A stretch of 64,000 bases of DNA, from the NCBI GenBank assembly GCA_016839445.1, contig JAEOUG010000027.1:35113-99112 (forward strand). The letters are read 5' to 3'. The notes beneath the pieces were generated by a model. The model had not been told where the DNA came from. It did no database searches and saw only the letters and a list, made by a program, of their open reading frames with translations. A program made the translations under genes and the position numbers. Below, piece by piece: positions 9,001-17,652 of the stretch. Positions within the stretch are counted from its first letter, which is position 1. The number at the start of each line of letters is the position of its first letter. This DNA comes from Candidatus Thorarchaeota archaeon. GTDB lineage: Archaea > Asgardarchaeota > Thorarchaeia > Thorarchaeales > Thorarchaeaceae.

Positions 9001-10935
9001 GAGAAGCTCATCATTGCCCCCGAGAAGCCAATCTGCAAGGGCGCGATGTACTCTCCAGGATACTTCCCGGCGAAGTACTTCTGTGAGCCAACGAGTGCGG
9101 CCTCAGGAAGACTGATTGCTTTGGGGCACAAGTTTGGGTTCGACCCTCAGACGACTCCCTGGCGTGAGATCAGTGAGGAGGGGAAGAGAGCCTTTCTCTT
9201 TGGGGATGATGAGAAGCTTGAGTACACGTACCTTGGTACTCATCGAGGGAAGAGAGCAGAAGTCACAGCAAGGAGTCGCTGGTCGGGCTTCTTCCGACTG
9301 GTAGGCGACTGGGACGTTGGCCAGACCTTCACGGACCGCGTAGCATGCGAAGTATGTGGAGGGACCGGCCTCAAACCGAAGTACCTCAGTTATAGGATTG
9401 CAGGACATGATGTCCACCGTTTGAAGAACAAGACAGTGTCGGCGCTTCTCCAGATTCTAAGAGAGGTAAGGGCCCCTGAAGATGACGTCTTCTTCGCAGC
9501 CGAGAATCTGAGGAGGGCCCTCACGAAGCTGGAGTTTCTCGAGCAGGTCGGTCTCGGATACATCCACCTGAACCAACCGTCTCTATCACTCTCTGCAGGA
9601 GAAGCTCAGAGAGTGATTCTTGCAGGAATCCTCGGCAGCGGCTTGACCGCTCTGACCGTACTCCTAGACGAGCCTTCTAGAGGCATGCACCCATCCGAGG
9701 TCGGTGGTCTGGTAAGGGCTCTTGAAGCACTCAGAGACGAAGGCAACACACCCATAGTGGTTGAGCACGACCCTGTGGTGATCCGCGCGGCCGACGAGCT
9801 TATAGACATGGGGCCGGGAGCAGGTGCGGGAGGCGGAAGGGTTGTGGCAATGGGAAGCCCTGAGAGCGTTGCCAAGGCGGCCACGGTCACCGGGAGGTGG
9901 CTTCGAGGGGAGCGTACCATAGACTACTCGACTGCTATACGAAAACCGGACTTATGGATGACAATCAATGGAGCCAGAGGAAACAATCTCCAGAACATTA
10001 CGATAAGGATTCCTTTGGGGGTTCTTGTTGGGTTCTGCGGGGTCTCTGGATCAGGGAAGAGCACACTCATCGTAGACACACTAGCAAGAGCTCTATCACC
10101 CAAGGAGTTCACAACAAGTGTGGCCTACGAGGAAACCGAACCTGAAGCACACGACTCGATTGAGAATGCACCTGAGAGGGTGATTGCCCTCGACCAGGGC
10201 AGGAAGGGAGTTGGGTCTCCAGGCCAGTGGTTGGGAATACTCAGTGGACTTGAGGCAATCTACGCCAGTAGTGCGGATGCAGCGGCCCTTGGTCTGACCA
10301 AGAAAGCTCTCAGCAAGCAGTGTAGCGTGTGCGGGGGTTCAGGGCAAGTACGCACCGAGCTCGGTTTCCTCCCAAGCGTCTATACGCCATGCGAGGCCTG
10401 TGACGCTAGTGGGAGGTCTCATGAGGCCTGGGGCGTGAGAGTGAAAGGATATGCATTGCCGGAACTCAACAGTCTGACCCTCAGACAGATTCACGACCTG
10501 TTCAAAGACGATGAGCGGCTTCGGAACATCCTGCAATCTGCACTAGATGTGGGTCTTGGCTATCTTGTCCTCAGACAGCCCTCTTGGGCGCTCTCAGGAG
10601 GGGAGATTCAGAGGCTCAAGATCGCCAAGGAACTTGCGAAGAAGAGCACAGAGACCTCGCTCTTCATTCTTGACGAGCCCACAGTGGGGCAGAGCCTCGA
10701 AGATGTAGCACGACTGATTCACGTGCTGCGTCGGCTTGTTGCAGAAGGACACAGCGTCATCGTCATTGAGCACCATCCCCAACTTCTTGCAGCATGCGAC
10801 TGGCTGATTGAGCTTGGCCCGAAGGGAGGGCCTGAAGGCGGCAGAGTAATAGCACAGGCGGAGCCTTCAGCGATTGCGAGGATGACCACGCCGACTGCTC
10901 CGTTCATCAGAGACGCACTGGAGGGGATGATATGA
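6046..10935 (+). CDS. uvrA: Double-length (tandem-fused) UvrA-family ABC ATPase
   Basis: Four Walker A motifs (GISGSGKT, GTSGSGKS, GPSGSGKS, GVSGSGKS), four signatures (LSRGE, LSGGE, LSAGE, LSGGE), CxxC zinc fingers; MEIKVRGAKEHNLK start at 6046. Confidence 0.9.
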   Translation: MEIKVRGAKEHNLKSVDVDIGDGLTVVTGISGSGKTSLVFDTMYHEARRRFLDVFRSGSSTVRMPPADVKSVSGIGPTIAIEQNVLNLNPMSSLATASGLHPFLRLLYSRFGTRLCLGCGNKLSVLREDEVVSLLRQDAEDRDLEVFAPLVTAVKGSHRTLLDLLENQFGRSALIVDGKPYDSSPLDPKKAHDIRVRIGALGPRSRIADFREAIEISSVLGANAVSLKSGSETREYALSNLCVHCGKWAREVEPKHFRMDCPYCRGKGCERCSDTGVHPLAASVRWEGKTLKELLALTVEEARDLLDASHLPPTAARLVSEIAKRLHALSTVGLGYLQLDRSSPSLSRGESQRVRLAVSLTSRLEDIVHVLDEPTIGQHPHDVANLMPSFRRLLGPVVFVEHDRLAASYADTAVDLGPGAGHAGGEVTFQGTPAELWRSDTTTGRYFSLRERVPRFEQRDYPDEFITIRSASRHNLKGIDVRIPLKRLTVITGTSGSGKSTLVEHVLVPSLQKSKPIGCKALEGRKVKPIMVDQKPVGKNPRSNPGTYTKLSDMVRDLYSSETGLSASHFSFNRPEGACTGCKGMGSVEVKMRYLPSIWITCSDCNGRRFKDEVLESRVKFGDHELSIADFYDLSIGEVRDLLRDDKRLPEGKRKASTNILDALSTIGLGYLKLGQKSPSLSGGESQRIKLAKFLGKKSLSSRVIVLDEPSSGLHAADLSGLLKVLHKLVEQGATVVVVEHNTDVIRSADWVVDLGPQGGPNGGEVLYCGPASGLADVEESLTAQALAEEEKLRPRGRPKRSNALADVIRIKNATANNLKSVSVDIKKGKMTVVTGPSGSGKSSLIRDVLQAEADRRFLESLSIYERQGMSEGPEAPVDTITGLGVSLAVSTRRRRGAGWWAVYERRATVGTVSEVSNQIDVLFAALAKRACLECGAEMKRKDKWICEKCGSTDTLDTPRAFSPSTYYAACNECSGVGSKNQPVVEKLIIAPEKPICKGAMYSPGYFPAKYFCEPTSAASGRLIALGHKFGFDPQTTPWREISEEGKRAFLFGDDEKLEYTYLGTHRGKRAEVTARSRWSGFFRLVGDWDVGQTFTDRVACEVCGGTGLKPKYLSYRIAGHDVHRLKNKTVSALLQILREVRAPEDDVFFAAENLRRALTKLEFLEQVGLGYIHLNQPSLSLSAGEAQRVILAGILGSGLTALTVLLDEPSRGMHPSEVGGLVRALEALRDEGNTPIVVEHDPVVIRAADELIDMGPGAGAGGGRVVAMGSPESVAKAATVTGRWLRGERTIDYSTAIRKPDLWMTINGARGNNLQNITIRIPLGVLVGFCGVSGSGKSTLIVDTLARALSPKEFTTSVAYEETEPEAHDSIENAPERVIALDQGRKGVGSPGQWLGILSGLEAIYASSADAAALGLTKKALSKQCSVCGGSGQVRTELGFLPSVYTPCEACDASGRSHEAWGVRVKGYALPELNSLTLRQIHDLFKDDERLRNILQSALDVGLGYLVLRQPSWALSGGEIQRLKIAKELAKKSTETSLFILDEPTVGQSLEDVARLIHVLRRLVAEGHSVIVIEHHPQLLAACDWLIELGPKGGPEGGRVIAQAEPSAIARMTTPTAPFIRDALEGMI

Positions 10936-11966
10936 CCTGGGGACCGCTCCTTCTCGCAGATAGGTCAGCCAACCTCCGTTACCTCGTTCTTGCCGAGCTT
11001 CTGGGCAAGGCCGCGGAGGAAGAGGCGATGGAGTTGAGTGCTCTACGTGAAGAAGACCCCATTGTGAAATCCCTTCTTGCATTGCAGGGCGAGGGAGGCA
11101 AATGGAAACAGCTTGACCAGGCGGGATTCACAATCGGAGGCGCAGTCAGGGGGACTTCGGCAGCCCTCATGCGTCTCGGGTATCTGGGATTCACAGCAAG
11201 CAATCCAGCAGTCAAGAGAGGAGCGGAGTATCTCTTCTCAAAGCAGCGAAAGGATGGTTCATGGCCACTGCCCGAGCGAGTATCGGACTTCGAGTTCACG
11301 AAAGGCCCCTACACAATGACTCCAGTCCAGACCTCTGTGCCACTCCTTGCCCTAGCCATGTGCGGCTTTGCCGAAGACCCCCGTTCCGAGAGAGGTTATG
11401 AGTGGCTCGTGGAAACTAGGCTTGAAGACGGAACCTGGCCAGCCGGGAAGGTTGATGAGGTATTCGTGCGAATCGCAGGGTACCGAAGGCTGCCCCGTTC
11501 CGAGTGGGGTTGCAGAACGAACACAACCCAAGCGCTGCTCTGCTTCGCCCACCACAGGAAGAGGGCAAAGGAGAATGAAGCTCGCCGGGCCCTTGATCAC
11601 TTGCTCTCCAGAGAAACTCGTGACAGGGGCAACCTGGGATTCAATGTTGCCCGATACTTGGGCTTCGAACCCTTCAGAGGAGCGCTCACGTATCATGCCA
11701 GATTCGACCCAGCCCTTGTGTTGAGCATCTGCTCGAAGGTGGGGGCCAACAGATCTGACAAGCGAGTCGAGGAACTCATAGAGTGGCTGCTTCAACAGCA
11801 GGGGCCATACGGTCTCTGGGACTACGAGCCCAACCCTGAAGTGTCTCGCTGGGTGACCTTTGATGTCCTCCGGTCTCTTCAAGGGATTGACGATAGCACT
11901 CACTGGTTTTCTGCGAAGACGCGCGAGAAGTTCAGGGCCTATCCTCCGAAGAAGAAGAGGTTCTAG
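10932..11966 (+). CDS. Prenyltransferase/squalene-oxidase repeat (alpha-alpha toroid) protein
   Basis: Repeated L..Q..DG.W motifs (LLALQGEGGKW, LFSKQRKDGSW, LVETRLEDGTW, LLQQQGPYGLW); ATGA overlap with uvrA stop. Confidence 0.75.
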   Translation: MTWGPLLLADRSANLRYLVLAELLGKAAEEEAMELSALREEDPIVKSLLALQGEGGKWKQLDQAGFTIGGAVRGTSAALMRLGYLGFTASNPAVKRGAEYLFSKQRKDGSWPLPERVSDFEFTKGPYTMTPVQTSVPLLALAMCGFAEDPRSERGYEWLVETRLEDGTWPAGKVDEVFVRIAGYRRLPRSEWGCRTNTTQALLCFAHHRKRAKENEARRALDHLLSRETRDRGNLGFNVARYLGFEPFRGALTYHARFDPALVLSICSKVGANRSDKRVEELIEWLLQQQGPYGLWDYEPNPEVSRWVTFDVLRSLQGIDDSTHWFSAKTREKFRAYPPKKKRF

Positions 11967-12040
11967 TGACTTGAATCGGGCGTTGGGTCCAGAGGCCCTC
12001 ACGCCTTCAGTGGATTGTGCCCTCTCGGAAAGAAGCAAGG

Positions 12041-12463
12041 CTATTTCGCACTCGACCTCGCAATGATGGTTAGAATGAGGCCAATGGCCCAAGCAGAGTG
12101 AGAGACCAGCCAAGTAAGAACGAGCAGAGCTGCAACACCGCCCATCAGATACGTACCGACTATGACGAAAATCAGGCTGAACAGACCGAACCCTGTAGCA
12201 ATCGCGATGACCAGTTTCCCAGCACGCACATGGGATGTTGTCAGAAGATAGCCACCGATGATGACTGCAAGGCCACCAGACCACGCGATGACGAATAGGA
12301 CGAGGAGAATAACGTCAATGACTGGATACAGAGATGCGAGCTGAGGAATGGCATGGAAGAAGACGTAGAGCATGACTACTGTGCCAATACCATAGTTGTA
12401 GCTGGAGAAGATCAGTAGAAGTCCACCAATGATACAGAGGGCAAACGGCGTTTGATTCTTCAT
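12041..12463 (-). CDS. Small 4-TM membrane protein
   Basis: Hydrophobic helices from MKNQTPFALC; the upstream part of the track ORF overlaps a divergent gene. Confidence 0.65.
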   Translation of the reverse strand: MKNQTPFALCIIGGLLLIFSSYNYGIGTVVMLYVFFHAIPQLASLYPVIDVILLVLFVIAWSGGLAVIIGGYLLTTSHVRAGKLVIAIATGFGLFSLIFVIVGTYLMGGVAALLVLTWLVSHSAWAIGLILTIIARSSAK

Positions 12464-12612
12464 AGACTTCCTCTCTACCATGACGGTACTTGAACGTGCT
12501 ATTGTGTCTTGCCCATAGAGGACGACCTTGCGCAGACCCGTCTTGGCCCAAAGACACAAGACGTATGTTGCTGCACCATTGTCCAGCCTTCGAAGATCAC
12601 TGAGGGAGAGAA

Positions 12613-13359
12613 TTGGTATCAAGACTTGAGGAACTAATGCGAATTCGGCAAGAGGTAGATGCGACCGCAGATGAGATTCCTGCTGATACACGGAAGGAGT
12701 TCTGGAAACTTGTGCGGTCCATCAAACGTGAACAGGAGCCAAACATCGAAGAGGTCAAGCTTGCCACAGAGATTCGCAACATTCTCTTCTCAATTGATAG
12801 GAGCGGTGTATATAGGATAGGCCCATGGCTAGGGACTCAGACTGTAGGGGCCGCCGTTGCAGCCTGCCTGTTTCTGTATGGACTGTCTATTCCAGTAGAC
12901 TGGCTCGCACTTCTGTCTTGGTCACTGTCTGAGGTCTTTGCCGTCGTCCTGAGATTCCTGGGCCTATTCCTCATTGTAGCACTTCTCTACCCCTATGGCA
13001 GGCTTATCGCAAGCAGGCTCACGGGAATCCGGGTTGACGGGATGTGCTTTGACGAGTATAAGGAGCCGACTATCAAGATCGATTACGAGACATTCCTCCT
13101 TGCGTCGCCGCCAAAGAGGAAGTGGTTCTTCTTCTTCTCAGGGCTGTGGACACTCATTTTGTCACTCTCTACTGGTTTCATCGGTTTCGTTCTTGCAGGT
13201 GACATTCTGGGATTCACATTTGGCGCATTCCTTGTCGTGTTCTATGCGTTTACCCTGACCTCTGGGACCACGTCACACTCGCGCGGCGAGATGGCGCATT
13301 ACAACCGAGAAAAGCGAATCGAGAGAGCATGGAAGAAGAAACGCGAGCAGAAGCAGTAG
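12613..13359 (+). CDS. Hypothetical membrane protein (soluble N-terminal helical domain + about 4 TM)
   Basis: Charged N-terminal helices followed by TM segments; GGAG SD before TTG. Confidence 0.6.
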   Translation: MVSRLEELMRIRQEVDATADEIPADTRKEFWKLVRSIKREQEPNIEEVKLATEIRNILFSIDRSGVYRIGPWLGTQTVGAAVAACLFLYGLSIPVDWLALLSWSLSEVFAVVLRFLGLFLIVALLYPYGRLIASRLTGIRVDGMCFDEYKEPTIKIDYETFLLASPPKRKWFFFFSGLWTLILSLSTGFIGFVLAGDILGFTFGAFLVVFYAFTLTSGTTSHSRGEMAHYNREKRIERAWKKKREQKQ

Positions 13360-13478
13360 ATGACCATCTCTTCACGAATCTAGGTCACATCTCGCGACCC
13401 TCACTTGTGACCCCAACAAGTGGCTTCGGGTTATATACTGAGCAACCGGGGTCTACTAGTATCTGGAGTCAGATTGAG

Positions 13479-15005
13479 ATGAGCAGAACTTCCTCATTCA
13501 TGGGATTCACTGACGCCGACGAGAAAGCCATGCATCTTGGCCGTGTGCTCATGATCCTTCTACCTACTGCCAACATCATCTTCACTCTCAGCTCGACGTT
13601 CTACACCATCTTTGTAGCGGAGGCTCTGGGTGGTGGTAGTTTCATCGAGGGATTGGGAATGCTAGGTGTCCTAGTTGCCATTGAGATGGTTGTTCAGACC
13701 GCATTGGACTACCCTTCGGGAGCACTTGGGGATTGGTTGGGCCAGCGGTACGTCATCGCAGTGGGCAACATGCTCTACGGTGTCGTGTTCTTCATGATAT
13801 CCTTCGTCGATCGCTTCACGCCCTTCTGGTACCTCGTTCTCATCTACGTCATTCAGGGTGTGGCCCAATCCCAGATTAGTGGAGCTTGGAGCGCTTGGTT
13901 TGACAACAACTACAGAGTAGCCATGCCGGCGGACACAGAACGCAAGCAGTATGGCGTCTTCTGGGGCCGTATGGGGATGATTAGTCAGATTGCGTCAACG
14001 GCGGCACTAATCCCGGGAAGCCTTCTAGCAGCTGCCTTCCAGCGTCCGTTTGTCTTCCGCTTAGAGGCAATAGGGGCAGTCTTCTTCGCTATGCTTGTGA
14101 TGCGCTACATCAGAGACTTCCCTGAGGTGGAAGCCATGCGTGAAGAGAAGCCCACCCTTAGCCAGTACACAGGTCTGCTCAAGGAGGGTCTCTCCTACAT
14201 GTGGAGAACTCCCTTCGTGAAGTGGCTTGTCCTGGGATCAATGCTGACTGCCAGCTCGATGAGCGTATGGGGCAACCTCATCCTCTTTCCGCTCTACTAC
14301 TCGTATCTGATCACAGACGTTGCGGTAGCCTCCTATCGCACAATCCTGTTTGCGCCAGGAGTCTTCGCAAACGAGAGGTCAGGTGTATGGTCGCAGCGCT
14401 TTGATGCGAAGAAGTGGATACCGAGATTCAGGATACTTCAGGCATGCAGTGTTGTCTTCTTCATTGTAGTGGCGGCACTCATGTTCTTCTTCCCTCCAGT
14501 CGGAGAGGATGTGGCACAGATGGTCAGAGTGATGTGGCCCTTCACGAGCATAGTGCTCATCGAACTTCCGATGCAACACATTCTGCCAGCCATTATCCTC
14601 TTCACTCTGTTCACTATAACGCTGTTCTTCAATGGATTCGCCGAAATCCTCACCCAGAGAGTACTGCTGGATGCGATCCCTGACAGGAACCGTAACTCCC
14701 TGTACTCGTTGCAGCCGACAATACTCCTCATCTTCTCCGCGCCTCAGATTGCACTACTCGGATGGCTAATTCCAGCAATAGGATTCCCTGCAACACTTCT
14801 GATTTGCTCGGGTGTTTCGATGGCAGGCGTTGTGATAATCAGATACGCGCTTGACCAGGAGAGACCTCAGATTCAGCGAGTGGGTCCACAGGCCGAAGGC
14901 AGCGAGGCCGGAAGCCCTGATGGACTGAATGCAGACCTGTCGGAAGAAGAAGTGCGGGAGGACGTCGAGAGAGTAATCGCGCCGGGTGTAGAATTGGCAG
15001 ACTGA
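13479..15005 (+). CDS. MFS transporter
   Basis: About 12 TM; DYPSGALGDWLGQR motif A variant; start moved to ATG 13479. Confidence 0.85.
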   Translation: MSRTSSFMGFTDADEKAMHLGRVLMILLPTANIIFTLSSTFYTIFVAEALGGGSFIEGLGMLGVLVAIEMVVQTALDYPSGALGDWLGQRYVIAVGNMLYGVVFFMISFVDRFTPFWYLVLIYVIQGVAQSQISGAWSAWFDNNYRVAMPADTERKQYGVFWGRMGMISQIASTAALIPGSLLAAAFQRPFVFRLEAIGAVFFAMLVMRYIRDFPEVEAMREEKPTLSQYTGLLKEGLSYMWRTPFVKWLVLGSMLTASSMSVWGNLILFPLYYSYLITDVAVASYRTILFAPGVFANERSGVWSQRFDAKKWIPRFRILQACSVVFFIVVAALMFFFPPVGEDVAQMVRVMWPFTSIVLIELPMQHILPAIILFTLFTITLFFNGFAEILTQRVLLDAIPDRNRNSLYSLQPTILLIFSAPQIALLGWLIPAIGFPATLLICSGVSMAGVVIIRYALDQERPQIQRVGPQAEGSEAGSPDGLNADLSEEEVREDVERVIAPGVELAD

Positions 15006-15151
15006 CCCAGCTAATCAGAGAGGGATCTGATTCCGAGCCTCGTTTCGGCTGTCCCTCGTCATAGTGAGGAGTGGGATAGCAACCACTCCTCCCATTGTGA
15101 GGAAAATTGCTCTGAAATCGCACCTTAATTACGAATGGTGGCTGGTTTCTC

Positions 15152-16198
15152 GTGCAAGAGGTTCACAAGGTGACAGTGTCATACAAGAAGATAGACGACA
15201 CACTAGTGCTCATGCACCAGTTCCACGGTCGAATTGGAGACCTACCTGAGATCTTCGGCAGACTTGAAGCAGAGGCGGGAGATGCCAAGAGTGGGCATCC
15301 TGTAGTTGTACATCATTGGCCTCTGACAGATGAAGAAGGCCGCACTATGGATGTCTGCATCCCATTGGCACACAAGATCGAATCTGACGAATACGAGGTG
15401 ACTACACTGGAGGGCGGCATGGCGGCCACGGCCGTTCACAAGGGGCCCTATGCATCGATCAGCGAAACATATCAGAAACTCATCCCAGAGATATATCGGC
15501 ACGGACACCCGGTGCAGGAGAACGGTCGGGAGGCTTACATCTGCTTGGACCTTGAGAACCCCGAGAACACAATTGTCGAAATCCAAGCCATGCTTGTGAG
15601 CTTTGAAGAGAAGTTCGCCACGAACCTACAGAGGGTTCTTGGAGAGGTGGATTCCGAACAGGTCATTGCCAAGATGTCAGACCTGGAGATGGAAACGAAT
15701 CAGCCACAACGATCTGCTGTTATTGCGGAGGCCCTCAAGAAGCTTGACGAAGTGGCTACGGACGACCAGAAGTACGAAATCCTCTCTCCCTGCGGACACC
15801 AGTTTCCCAAAGAGCTGATAGAAGACATGCGAAAGCTGTACCTAGAAACTAACAGCATCGACCATGTCATTGAAGCAATGAGGAATGGACACGCATTCTA
15901 TCCGAAACTTCGACGCGAGGGCAATGTCATCTATGACAGAAAGGGACCAGCCAGAAGAGAGGCGTTCGAGAAAGCTGAAACACGAGAAGAGAAGATGCGA
16001 GCGACATGCTTCTGTCCACTCTTGAAGGACGTCTGGGACGAGATGCCGTGGACATTCTGCTACTGCGCCGCCGGTTGGCCCAAACGACTTCTTGAAGGCA
16101 TTCTGCAGCAGCCTGTCAGAGTGGAAGTCAACAGAGCCCTCACAAAGGGCGATGACTACTGCGAGTTCGCGATTCATCTGCCGGACGGCGTGACGTAG
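15152..16198 (+). CDS. GyrI-like small-molecule-binding domain fused to a Cys-rich (DUF6144/V4R-like) domain
   Basis: AATAVHKGPY..I..TY..L and E.Y motifs of GyrI; C-terminal C..CFCP..FCYCAAGW..GDDYCEFAIHL. Confidence 0.7.
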   Translation: MQEVHKVTVSYKKIDDTLVLMHQFHGRIGDLPEIFGRLEAEAGDAKSGHPVVVHHWPLTDEEGRTMDVCIPLAHKIESDEYEVTTLEGGMAATAVHKGPYASISETYQKLIPEIYRHGHPVQENGREAYICLDLENPENTIVEIQAMLVSFEEKFATNLQRVLGEVDSEQVIAKMSDLEMETNQPQRSAVIAEALKKLDEVATDDQKYEILSPCGHQFPKELIEDMRKLYLETNSIDHVIEAMRNGHAFYPKLRREGNVIYDRKGPARREAFEKAETREEKMRATCFCPLLKDVWDEMPWTFCYCAAGWPKRLLEGILQQPVRVEVNRALTKGDDYCEFAIHLPDGVT

Positions 16199-16200
16199 GC

Positions 16201-16626
16201 CTACGACTTCATCAGCGTGACGAGAGCCTCACCCACAAGCACGGTCTTGCCATCCTGGTTGACACATGAGGTTGCGAGAGTGACTCGCCTCTTCTCGTCA
16301 TTCAGGTTGGATACCTCTACGCGTGCTGTGATTGTATCGCCTATTCGTACAGGCCCCAGGAACTTCATGCTCTGGCTCATGTATATCGTGCCTGCACCTG
16401 GAAGGTGCATGCCGATGGCCGCACTGATGTAGGAGGCTGTCAATATGCCGTGTGCGATACGACCCTCAAACATCGTTGTCTTCGCCCAGTCCTCATCGAA
16501 GTGTAGCGGATTGTAGTCTCCACTGAGGTCTCCGAACGTCTGGATATCTTTCTCAGTCACAGTGTGGACAACCTCTGCAGATTGCCCGAGCTGAAGATCT
16601 TCGTATTTCGTCAGTTTCATTCTCAA
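16201..16626 (-). CDS. MaoC/PhaJ-type (R)-enoyl-CoA hydratase
   Basis: FGDLSGDYNPLH hydratase-2 motif, RIAHG, FLGPVRIGDT. Confidence 0.9.
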   Translation of the reverse strand: MRMKLTKYEDLQLGQSAEVVHTVTEKDIQTFGDLSGDYNPLHFDEDWAKTTMFEGRIAHGILTASYISAAIGMHLPGAGTIYMSQSMKFLGPVRIGDTITARVEVSNLNDEKRRVTLATSCVNQDGKTVLVGEALVTLMKS

Positions 16627-17652
16627 TCACTCCTGGGGGCCCCACTTGATAGCCATCGCATTCCATGACCACCCGATGCCTGCTGCAGTCAGGACCACAA
16701 GGTCACCTTCCTTGATCTTGCCGTCCTTGAGACCTTCTTCTATGGATACGATTGCATCATTCTGGCCCATATGACCCCACTCCTCGAAGTAGGTTGATTG
16801 CTTGTAGGGATCCACACCGAGCTCGTTTGCCACGAACTCAAAGGCGCTCCTCTTCATGCGAATGAGTCCTAGATAGTCTATGTCCTTCCTTGAGTAGCCA
16901 CTGCGCTCCAGAGCCTCATCAACGACCTTGAGGAAGTTCTGCATCGACAGCTTGTCTAATCGCTCCTTGAGACCCTCAGGGTCAGTGACATCGAGATAGA
17001 TGAGCTCCTTCTCGATTGCTTCGCAGGAGATCGGCATGACAGTGCCACCAGCGGGAACGTATACATCCTCCGAGAAGCGTCCGTCTGAGATTACGCTACC
17101 CTCGAGAACCACATTTCGCGGATAGTCAGCGCGGAGAATCATCGCGACACCGCTTGCTGCAAGATCGTGCATGAAGCGGGTCCGGATGTTCTTGTAGTTG
17201 ATCAGATCGCTGTTTCGATAGCCGCTGCCAATCAGTACTCGCTTGTACCCGTGGGCTTCCATCAGTGCTTTCGCCAGAATCATGGCAACTACAATGGTGC
17301 CGCACCGCTGGTTCACATCGAAGGCCCAAGCGTTCGTGGCGCCAACCTCTTGCTGGAACTTGATTCCGTAGGTCTGCATCGGACGCTCAGCATAGACTTC
17401 TCCCGCCCAGATCACAACGTCGATGTCCTTTGCAGGGTCAATGCCGGCGCGCTCAATAGCAATCTTCGCGGCTCGCACGCCCATGGCAACCGTATGGTCG
17501 TCTGGGCCCGGGACTGCCTTGCTCTTGAGCCCCATCTTTGTGATGAGAATCTCCTCTGGTGTTCCCGAGTGCTCCGAGATGTAGGCGGCTGTGTGTCGCT
17601 CCTTGGGAATGTACACTCCGATGGATTCTACTCCAATCTTCGTCTTGCTCAT
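16627..17652 (-). CDS. 3-oxoacyl synthase III (FabH)-like condensing enzyme
   Basis: AFDVNQRCG catalytic Cys, WGHMGQND, GDLVVLTAAGIGWSW. Confidence 0.85.
   Translation of the reverse strand: MSKTKIGVESIGVYIPKERHTAAYISEHSGTPEEILITKMGLKSKAVPGPDDHTVAMGVRAAKIAIERAGIDPAKDIDVVIWAGEVYAERPMQTYGIKFQQEVGATNAWAFDVNQRCGTIVVAMILAKALMEAHGYKRVLIGSGYRNSDLINYKNIRTRFMHDLAASGVAMILRADYPRNVVLEGSVISDGRFSEDVYVPAGGTVMPISCEAIEKELIYLDVTDPEGLKERLDKLSMQNFLKVVDEALERSGYSRKDIDYLGLIRMKRSAFEFVANELGVDPYKQSTYFEEWGHMGQNDAIVSIEEGLKDGKIKEGDLVVLTAAGIGWSWNAMAIKWGPQE

Noticed and set aside
11352-12284. 310-aa minus-strand ORF
   Set aside because: Overlaps two better-supported genes; no recognisable domain
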